NCBI GenBank assembly: GCA_020891255.1
Contig: BQFW01000007.1
Span: 2,542,001 to 2,606,000 of the forward strand
Reading direction: 5' to 3'
Source of the DNA: Entomortierella parvispora E1425
Taxonomy: Eukaryota > Fungi > Mortierellomycota
DNA length: 64,000 nt
The notes under the pieces were generated by a model, which saw only the letters and a list, made by a program, of their open reading frames with translations, made no database searches and was not told the DNA's origin. A program made the translations under genes and the position numbers. This document shows, piece after piece, positions 1 through 9,900 of this stretch (within the stretch, counting starts at the first letter, position 1; each line of letters opens with the position of its first letter).

Positions 1-757
1 TACCAGTCTTCTGATGTGTGGTATGAGTGTTGATGGCTCCGTGGCGGTATCTTCATATGGCCACGGATCACATATCCAAAAAAAGTACCCATGTCCTCGA
101 ACCTTCAAGGAGTCCATATACGCAACCTGGTAATCGCCCAGCATCCACCGACAACACGAGAGAGAAAAAGAGAGAGAGAAAGGTTCCCAGATGCATCTCT
201 ACGGGTCGAATATGTGAGACACGATCTCTCGAAAGAATCAATCATTGAAATGGCGATCACATCGCTCCAGGCAAACAAAATGCCATGTATACGCCAATGG
301 TGCAAGGTTACCGGGATTTGTGTAGCTTTGCGTACTTCCAGATAAGAGTCTGCATTCTCTTTATTGTATTCTATCAAGTATTTCACCGCAATGTCCCAAT
401 CCTACCTCGGAAAAGGAATAGTTGGATGGTATGCCATTGTGTCGTTCAGGACCTTGAGCTGTATATCGCCTTAATCAATTGGTTGCCTCCACAACAAAGG
501 GATGTATCGGCCTGCAATATGTCTTTTGTGCTTGCGTGCTTGCGTGTATTTTACATGGCATCTTTTTCTTTTTTGTTTTTGTCCACTCTTATTCTTTGAT
601 GATATTTTTAATACAATTTTTTTTTCTTTTCATTTTTTAATCCCTTATTACTCTTTTTTATCCTCTTCCCCTCATATTTTCCTATTGTATTTTTTCCCAC
701 AGCCCACATCCCGAATCCATGAAAAGTGGCGTTGTTCGAGAGGAACACCTTCTGTGA
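1..757 (+). CDS. 3' part of a multi-exon gene of unknown function (runs in from the left edge)
   Basis: Successive GT..AG introns on + keep one frame: ...TSLLMCGMSVDGSVAVSSYGHGSHIQKKYPCPRTFKESIYATW|FPDASLRVEYVRHDLSKESIIEMAITSLQANKMPCIRQWCK|YFTAMSQSYLGKGIVGW... A T-rich 3' region follows, convergent with PABPN1. The last exons and stop (~757) are uncertain and the family was not recognised. Confidence 0.4.
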
Positions 758-1092
758 ATCCTGGGGACCCAAGATAGTAGAGAGTCTTGAGTGATACCTC
801 CGTTGTAACAAAGATATCACAAAGTATCCATCTACTCCTCTTGATGATTGAAAAAGGTAAAAGGTAGAAAAATAATCGAAGGGCAAAGTTGAAAAAGTTG
901 AAAGGAGTCCTCAAAAAGTCGAAAAGGAACTGTTCCTGACAGTCCATGAATCCGAAAATGCGAAGGATGCCGCTCATATAGTAAAAATTGATCCTCGTCC
1001 TGAAAGAACACGCCGACATCCTGCGCCCCAGTTGCTACAAAAAACCAAATAACCCGTCAGCAACCTCCCTCTTGAACACCTCTCTCGCACTC

Positions 1093-1990
1093 TTAGTATG
1101 GAGCATAGTATCCTCCGCGAGCTCCACGGCCACGTCTAAGATGTAATAAATAAAAAACATCTGGTGATCAGTAGAGTGACTCCGTCAACAGCTGTCCCAC
1201 GAACAATTGCTCTGTACAGTCTATCTTACCCTCGACCGCGGAATCCGCCGCCGTATGGTGGAGGGCCACCGTACATGGGTGGGGCACCGTATCCGCCTCC
1301 ATAAGCGCCGTGGCCAGCAAAGCCTCCACGGTAACCTCCACGACCACGACCACGACCACGAGCAGCCATTCCAGGAACGTTTGTGCGCTTGGGTGTAACC
1401 TTAATCAGACGGGCACGGAACAGGGACTCGTTCAAAACCATGGCATTGGCGACAGATGCGGGGTCAGCAAACTCCACGTAGGCGTATCCCTTGGGCTGTC
1501 CAGTCCACTTGTCGCAGAGAATGGTGATACGGTTGATGGTGCCGCACGACTGGAAGTGAGCCTGAATTTCCTCGGGTGTTGATCCCCAGTCCACGTTACC
1601 AACATATACTGAGCGAGAATCAACAGCCTCCTTATCTAAACAGAATGAAAGCAATAAAAGCAGCAGTTGTCAGCTCTCTAATCGAGTTACATCCTGCTGC
1701 TACATGATTGACATCCAGATATGTACCTTCTTCGGCCATGTTCATGTCCTTCTCAGCCTGAGCTTGCATTTCGCGGAGCTTGGCAGCCTCGGCCTCCATC
1801 TCCTTCACACGCTGCTTCATAGCCTCGATCTCCTAATGAAATGTAACAACTGAGTGGTCAAAATCTAGAGCATCCCCGATGGTAGACATTCCATGTCAGG
1901 GCCACGCCCCCATACCTCATCACCGACATCGTTGTCGTTGGCGTCGATATCAGCGACGGCGTTGTCGATATGTGCCTCCTCTGCGGACAT
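1093..1990 (-). CDS. PABPN1: Polyadenylate-binding protein 2 (nuclear PABP; single RRM plus RGG tail), 4 exons
   Basis: Coiled coil [23 protein letters not shown]; [51 protein letters not shown]; RGG/RGRG-rich tail ending [13 protein letters not shown]. Exons approx 1990-1916, 1832-1727, ~1638-1225, ~1136-1093. Confidence 0.93.
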
Positions 1991-2864
1991 GTTGTATATG
2001 AAAAGTCTAGAGCAATGCAAGTTCAAGGACAGTTAGGAACCAGCCAAAGGAGACTGTAGTCCGATGGACTTGTGGATCAAACGTGGTCGATCTTCATGTG
2101 TGAAAAAGGGGGTCTTGGCTGTGATCGTGCGCACAAACATTGGGCGGCTCCTGGAAAATGGACCAAATAACAAAAAAGAAACAGGAGCAAATGTGCTACT
2201 GGCAATATCTGACGCGGGACAATAGCTCGTCTCTCATTCTTTTGTCGCCTGTCCCGTTGTCCTGGTCACAGGCTGTCCATGCATAAACACTCGCTCTTTT
2301 GTTTGTTTGGGATTTGCGCGATGTAGGTGATTAAGTGGACGGAGACGGAGAGCGGTGGTAATGTGCCACCAGGTGCAAATCTAGTCGTGTCTTTCCAAAG
2401 TTGGTGCTGTTCCTGATCGACAGTTGAACAGAGACAGGGTAACCGGGGAGAGACCACAACCACGGTGGAGAGGAAGAAAGTGCCACTGGTTCTGGTGAAA
2501 GTGCTTCCTGGCGTTGTGATTTGTACTTACAAGGGGGGGAAAGGGGAGGGAGGAAGAATGGATGTATGGAACAGCATGCATCGTTGAGCTCGAAAAAAGG
2601 CATTTCCACTCCCTCCAGCCAGTGCTGCAGGGAGAGGGACATGTCACGGTATTTTATAGATGCATATGCTACATTCACCTCTCTCTTGACCCGCTCGCCC
2701 ATTCCTTTCATCAAAAGACACGACACACGCCCACGCTCACGAGAAGCATCACTCCTACGGACAGACAGGCAGACAGACAACCCCATACACACAGGACTGG
2801 ATAGAACAGAACGGGACTCTCATTTAAACCTCACCAACACCTACCACCTGTATTCATCACAGCA

Positions 2865-3683
2865 ATGTCCACCAACACAGAGTCCAACTTTCGCAACGCA
2901 TTCAAAAACTTTGGCGCCAGAAGCGGTGTTGTGGCTACAGACACGACTGGATCCTCTTCCTCTGAAGGTACCTTTGGTCGAGCCTCCAGTTGGCTCGGCG
3001 GTGTCCGGAGCCAAGTCCAAGGATATGTCCCCGTCTCCCTGGGCGGGACCCCAGCAGCTCAGGAAGAAGACTTTCTTGGCTTGAGTTGGTTTCAGCGGAT
3101 GGCCGGTTTTGCTATCTGTGTCGCTGGAGGCATCGCTTGCTTCATGATCGCCTTCTTTGTCGGTCTCCCTCTCTTTGTCCTCAAACCCAGCAAGTTTGCT
3201 ACCAGCTTCACCCTTGGAAGTGTACTGTTGATGACCAGGTAAAAAAAAACGAGCGGAAATAGTGTCCCTGAACATGATGACATCTTCGTAGGATCTTTGA
3301 CGTCCTAACAATAATTACCTCTGTTGTTTTCATGACTCTAGTTTTGCACTGTTGAGAGGACCTATGACACATTTGAGGGCATTGACTTCCAGGGAAAGAC
3401 TCCCCTTCACAGCAGTTTATTTTGGATCCATGATCTTTACTCTCTGGGCCAGTCTTTCAGTATGTTGTTCATTTCTTGGCGTTTTGAAGCGTTGCGTTCC
3501 GGATATTTACCCTCTTTATTTCCTTTTTTAAACGCGATTTAGATCAACAGCTACATCCTGACTATCATTGGAACAGTTGTCGAGATCTTGGCTCTCGTCT
3601 ATTACTTTACTTCATACTCACCCATCTCAGGGGGTAACATTCGACTTGGATCACGCATGGCCAGCAGTCTTCTTCCTGTTTAA
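2865..3683 (+). CDS. SFT2: SFT2/Got1-family vesicle transport membrane protein, 3 exons
   Basis: LSWFQRMAGFAICVAGGIACF...LKPSKFATSFTLGS | SFALLRGPMTHLRALTSRERLPFTAVYFGSMIFTLW | YILTIIGTVVEILALVYYFTSYSP; four hydrophobic segments typical of SFT2; stop TAA at 3681-3683. Confidence 0.9.
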
Positions 3684-3779
3684 AAAAAGAAAGAACGAGG
3701 ACCTCTCGGGACAAAAAAAGCAATCTATTCTATCTAATTTCCCCAAGGATCCAATATACCAAAAAAAATAACTTTTATT

Positions 3780-6756
3780 TTAATCGATCTTGATCTCGCT
3801 GTGTTTACTTTCTTCCTCTTCGTCCAAGGCTTCTTCACTTTGTGGTGAAAACAAGCACCGCAACGCGGGCAAGAATTTGGGCAGTTGAGGGATCTGACTC
3901 AACTTTACGCTCATCAAATCGAAACAGATTCCAATGGTGGTCGACTTGTCATCACCATCAAAATTAGGAATGGAGGGGTACCGCTGACTGAAATGGGTCA
4001 AGAGCGTAAATTTGGCGTCCATTCCCTCGCCCACCATAATCGCCTCCTTTGTTGTCGAATGTTTCTTCTGCAGAGCCTTTTCCAGCATTTCTTCTTCAAA
4101 TGTGGCTTCATGAAGAAGAACCGTTGCACCCTGTCCAGCTTCCACCAAGTTGTTGCAAGGTCTCGTGTCGCCTGAATAGACAACCTTCCAACCATCCTTG
4201 TGCATCATGCTGATACCATAAGCCCAAGGACAGTGGATCACGTCCACAGTGACAATCTCTTCAAATCCAGAAGTCTCAAGCAATCCGTTCAATGCCTTTT
4301 GACCATGCTGGCGGATTGTGTTGTTGTTTTTGTCACGCCAATAAACGATATCCTCCGATTCAATATATTGGACATGTTGGTAGCCAAAGTCCTGCACATC
4401 TGACAGCTCCTGAAGGAACGTATTGAACTTTCGAGGAGCAATCATATAGAGAGGGTCGGTTTCTGGGGTGCGGAGCTAATACATTTGTTACTGGCGTTAA
4501 TTTTTGCATTTTCATAGTGCCACCCACCACAGGCCAAGCCAATACTAGATTTCATTTCGTACCTTGTTCCAGCGGTCAATGACCGTGACAATACCGAGGT
4601 GGTGGTCCGCATGCAAATGTGAAATGAAAATGCCCTTCAAGTTTTTGATGTGTTGATCCGCAGGGCTTAATTGATTCGTTGACTGACGGTACCCTCCAAA
4701 TTGTCGAAAGATTTGTCCATAAGTGCCTTCGCCTGCATCCAGCAAAAAAGTTCCATTGGTGATTGTGTCCACGAGTGTCGCGCTCACTATTACGTTCAAC
4801 AAAGGAAAACATTAATTCAAAGCCTGACGATGGTAGCAGATGCCACAGCGTTCCTGTTGAAAGCCAAATGTTACCATTTCGATATTTTCCAGGAATAGAA
4901 GATCCTGTTCCCAGTGTCGAGATAACAACATCCTTTCCTGGAAACTCTTCTGGCTTAGAAAATTCGGCCTTGATCTCCTCTGTAGCCTGCTCTGCCAGTT
5001 TGTAGTACTCTCTCAAGTATTCCTTGTCTCCATCCCGCATCCACGTATAATCATCTTCGAATGAGATAGGTTTAGTCACTTCATTTGTCAGAAGCTCGGT
5101 CGAGGGCTCAAACTGAAACTTCAACTGTCCTTCTGCTCGCTGAACCTTGATAGGCACTTCCATCCCGCTCAAAACGTCCTTGGCTAGGTCATGCTCGGGT
5201 GTGTTGTCGAAGTATGGAATCGGGAAGATAGACTTGTCCAGCTTCGACAACTTGAAGTTCGATAGAGATTGACCCTTCCAGACCAACGGCTGAGCACAAT
5301 AATCCTGGTTGGCAACGATGTGTTGAGTTTCGGAGCCAAATCGTTGCATCCACGCCCTGTACTGGGGATGGCTCAAGACGGTATGGTTTCCAAAATGGAC
5401 AATGCAGGCCGCGCTCAGCTTCGAGTCTGCGTTGGCCACCGATCCGTTCTGTGGGTGATCGTAAAATTTCTCAAATTGCTTCGACTCCACCAATCCTGAG
5501 ATGTAGTCAACAGTTGGACAGTCGACAACCATGAAGACACGTCCGGGGCGCGCACCACTGACCACCTGGTGAGGAAAGACCTGCTCACCCGAATCCGAAA
5601 GAACAGTCTCACCCTTCATAAGCTGACTATATCTCTTTCCAGCTGGGATGCCCAGCTTTAAGGCAGCGTCTTTGTTGAACTTTCCGACATAGTCTGGTGA
5701 TTGACAAATATAGCTCAGCGCCACCAAATCAGGACTCGTCCTGGGGAGGTTCATGAACCGTGCATTTGGAGGTCGAGGTCCACCACAGTTATGGCCAGTC
5801 TCTGCTTGCGCTTGACGTTCAATCATGTCCACGTCTGTCAGACCTCTGTCCGCCTCGGTAGTAGCACCATCTACACTCTTGCTCGAGGTAGCTCCAGTCA
5901 CTCGGTTACTGGCACGCTTGACCTTCTTGGACAATACAAGGGGCTCTCTGTCGAAGCGACGCATGTTAAACATGCTCGACAACATGGACCTTCTCTGCGC
6001 TTGACCATCCAATTCTGGCTCAACCGCAGGCGAATCAGGCGCAGATAGCAAGACGTCCGAATTTCGTTTAGATCCTGCGGCAGAACCGTCCGCGATAACT
6101 CCAGATCCTGATTCCTGGGGCAAGACTGCCGCAACCTCAGACTCGGTATTAGCCGATCCATTTTGAGATTCCATTGATTGCGACTTGGTCGACTTGGCGA
6201 TAGTGGGCCACTCGTAGCGTTCTGGACGTTCATAGTTCACGGGATAAACCGGCACAGGTGTGATACGCAGGACCTCATCCTTGAACGTCGTAGACTCCTG
6301 GTTAAACTCAATCGTCTCCAACTCCATGTTGTCCCTGTATACGAACGGTCTGGTAGAGACCAGTGCGTGCGTCAAGTTCTCGGCCCCCATAACCTTAATG
6401 TTCCTGATACCCGCATCGGACAAGGTCAACAACATTCCTAGAACAAATATCGCGTTAGTACATTGTTCTGAGACACCTGCCTGACTTTTTCCATCAGGGG
6501 GGAGGAAGGAGCTGTAAGTTTGGACCTGTCGATAAAGATGAAAATAAAACTCACCTGGAAGGCCACCCATGACATCCCAGTGGGTACGTGTCAAGAGCAC
6601 GGTCTTGAGTTTCGAGAACCGCATTTTGGATTCGATGCACAGTCGCTGGGTTCCCTCACCGCAGTTGATCAGGTAACGTTGCGAGTCAAAGTGGATCACG
6701 ACCGAAGGTGGGCAATCAGCGGTGCCGGCACTCAGGATTTGAATATAGCCCTTCAT
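3780..6756 (-). CDS. TRZ1: Long-form tRNase Z (tRNA 3' endonuclease, ELAC2/Trz1), multi-exon; first ATG at 6756, possible non-AUG extension to ~7050
   Basis: N-terminal YLINCGEGTQR and pseudo-motif THWDVMGG; C-terminal half LGTGSSIPGKYRN, LLDAGEGTYGQ, catalytic ISHLHADHHLG, YSGDTRPC, HEATF, HST and LLTHFSQRYP. Confidence 0.96.
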
Positions 6757-7190
6757 ACTGGATCGATTCGAGGTGGAGAAGAGTCTTGGGGCAGAATAGA
6801 CAAGGGGGAGTTTCCAAAGGGGAAGGGGGGCGGTCAGCAATGGCCGTGCGACGGTTGGAGTGGATAGAAAAGAGGGGTATGTCCGAGGAAGGGCTCTTGC
6901 TGTCTGAACGGCGCGCGTAATGTAGGAACGGCGTGTGGAATGGAGAGAGGAAACGGGAAAGGGGACGAGTGGTCGTAGTGACCAATGGGCGACTCTCAGG
7001 AACTGAATATTGAGAATCTTCGGGATGGAACAAGAACAGGGAGAGAGCAGGGTTCAATGCGAATGCAATGCAGTAATGATGGTCAGAGGAGGCGAAGCCA
7101 GCCTTGCATGTGCAATGGTTGTTGTTTGAAAAAAAATGTGTGACTGTCATTATCGGCAGGACTTTTGTATGCTCTATTCGCCATTTGCAA

Positions 7191-9357
7191 CTACGACACG
7201 ACCTCCCAGTCGTTCGATCCCCCAGCCTCGCCTGGCTCACGAAGCCCCTCCATGAATCCCAGGTGAACGCTTTCAAAATCATGTAGATGCTCGCCCTCCA
7301 ATCCAAGGTACACATCAACACCCGTCGACACTCCTTCCGCATCAGAGGATCCAGATCGAGGGGGGAGGGGTGCGCTATCCATGATGACACACATCCCTTC
7401 ACCTCCGCCAAAGCCTCCAGGTCCAATCCGAACTTTCAAAGGCTGGCCCTGGCCAAAGTCGACCGAGTACATGTTCAATTTCCTGAAGGACCAGACCATA
7501 AAATCCATACCAAACGGGTTCTCGCTTGTCGTTTCGATCAAATGAGGATGCTCCTGCTTCTGGATCCAGGTGATGGTCGATCGAATCTGCTCAGGTGTCT
7601 GCAAGATAAGTTCATCGCGTAGAAGTCTTGAAGGGAGGGACAACGGTGTGGTGAGAAGTGAATGAACAGGCATTTGTACAAATATGGATCTAACAAGGAG
7701 ACAAAAATACAGAGAGGCCGATTAGAAAGCTGTAAGAACCCTGCGCTTCCTACTTTGAGATTAAAAGTCAAAGAACTTACAGGATCGCATTTCCGATATA
7801 GCCCTCTGGAATTTCAGGCGTGATTCGCTTTCGGATATCCATAACGACTCCACACATCAGCTTGCAATCTGGTTCCAATCGCCGAGCGATTGTCGACATT
7901 TTCCACAAGTATGCGATCAAAGAGTCGCCTGTCGAGACCCACTTGTCACTGATCTCCTTGTCATCAGCCGCACAGGCGGCTGCTGCAATATTTTGTTCTG
8001 AGGCCAACTTTTTGATCCTCTCCAGATGAGCATTCGAGAAATGAAAGACGTGAAGTTTTTCTCCTTCAGGATGGTTTCGCCCCTCCTGTTCATCCAATTC
8101 TATCTCGACATCCTCCAAGACCACTCGTGGGATGGTACCATTCTCTGTCGTGGCTGCAGGCGATTCCAACTGCAAAGACTGCAACCGCTTGTGCGCAAGC
8201 TCCAGGTTTGTGTCATTGTTGTCGTCATCATCGTCCTCCTCCTCGTCCTCTTCATCTAAAGTATCGTTTGGTTCCTCCACTGCGGCTTCTGCATGATTGT
8301 CCAGGTAATTATCATAGAGAATAGGCGGAGGTGGCGAGTGATTCACTCTCTGATACCTATACACGCCGGCGCTTCCATTCTCTGTCACTGGCTGTTGCAA
8401 GAACGACCGGTTTAGGACTGGGAAGGGTGCAAAGTCCTTCCCTTGAGTGATTTTGGACCAGGCCTCCATGAACGAAACCAAGGAGGTTGCGTCCATGATG
8501 GACGAATCCATGGCAACGCCCATAATCAAAGACTTGTCCTGGGTATAAGTGAGCTGAATTGCCAAAAGCGGTGGATCCCGTAGCGAGGCTGGGTAGAGTC
8601 CAACAGGGAAAAGCTGCGGGGGCAGGATTGAATCTTGATAATCTCCGTGTCGGATCCGATCCATGGTGATGGTCGTATCTGCTACTGCAAAAAGAACGCC
8701 CCGGTCGTTACATTCGATATAGGGCCTCTTGGGAAGTCCTGCGCTATCGTTACTGCCGTTGTCGTAGATGCCTTCGTAACTGACGCGGCCCGCGAGAGGA
8801 AAAAAATCTGTCAAAACCAACGCCAGGGAAGCCTCCAAGAGCATCGGATCCATGAACGCTGTCTGATGATAGTTGTCGTACTGTCGTGCTTTTGCCTTGG
8901 CTTTTGATTTTTTTGATCTTCTGGTCGGGGAGGACAACGCTGACTGTGGTTGTGATCCGGTGCTTGGCGGCATGTCCGGCTGGCTGGGTTGGGAAGTAGG
9001 TGGTGCCTCGAAAAAGTACAAGAGGCGGGTATAAATGCGAGGTTTTGCAAGATCGAGACTTGAGAGTTCCAGTCGCGGAGGACGCAGAGACGAACTACGA
9101 CGTCCACTGCTGAGTCGGTCATTCTCTACCTCTACCCAGTCGTCCAGTGCACCAGGAATGGGCTCCAGTTCAGTAGGTGTAATAGGAGAGACAAGCTGTC
9201 GATAACGGAGCCTAGTATGGGGTGTCGACTGGATGTGTTCATTCGAGGTAGCATGGTGCACAGGTGAGGAATGACTGGCGGCTGTTGACGTTGGGCTCGA
9301 GCGCTGGTCTGCAAGAGTCCCCGTCTTCTCGGCCACCGTGGCGGTCTCGAGGGTCAT
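7191..9357 (-). CDS. BAHD/transferase-family acyltransferase-like protein (HXXXD His replaced by Ser), 2 exons
   Basis: LALVLTDFFPLAGRV, IECNDRGVLFAVA, PPLLAIQLT, FHFS, DSLIAYLW, DIRKRITPEIPEGYIGNAI and DFGQG (DFGWG motif). An intron at ~7692-7780 joins GNAIL to SIFVQMPV in frame. Confidence 0.85.
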
Positions 9358-9900
9358 GGGCGCTGAATTCACGTAAGCGAGGGGGAATAAAAAAAAAAAA
9401 AAAGGAATAACAGAACTGATAACAGAGTGAGGGGAGAGAAGGAGAGAAGAGGAGCAGAAAGGATGCAGAGAAAAAAAGAGACGCAAAGGAATTGAGAGAC
9501 ATCCAAAGTCGATGCATTGCTGGCAGTGCAGCCAAGAGATGCCAGCACGTGGAACTACGCCTTAAGGGGTGCTATGATGAGACGCCACCAATTTTGACTT
9601 TTTTTTTTTTTGTACTTTTGGGCGATGGGCCATGACTGACGCCATTGTCAAAGCTCCACCAAAGCGTGGATGATATAAGGAGCCAAAGGAATGGTGGTTG
9701 GGTTAACTTCGTTCAACTAAAGTGGATCGAGAATTCTGGGAAGGATGGATGATAAGGAAAGAGAAGGAAACCTGGTTTCTACAATGACCACCACCATTCA
9801 AAGGGGTGGCTATCATCGACATTGAGCATGTTTAAAGGTCAGTTGAAGGATGAAGATGAGAGGAAGTACTATTGAGAAAAAGAGTGCTCTACAAGGTATC

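Noticed and set aside
105-1019. Minus-strand ORFs (105-386, 608-886, 672-1019) as a gene
   Set aside because: They cannot be joined without in-frame stops. The plus strand gives a coherent GT-AG exon chain, and the rest is T-rich 3' UTR.
2266-2804. Small ORFs between PABPN1 and SFT2, including an FKBP-like GNVPPGANLVVSF stretch
   Set aside because: No start, splice or domain context; consistent with a divergent promoter region.
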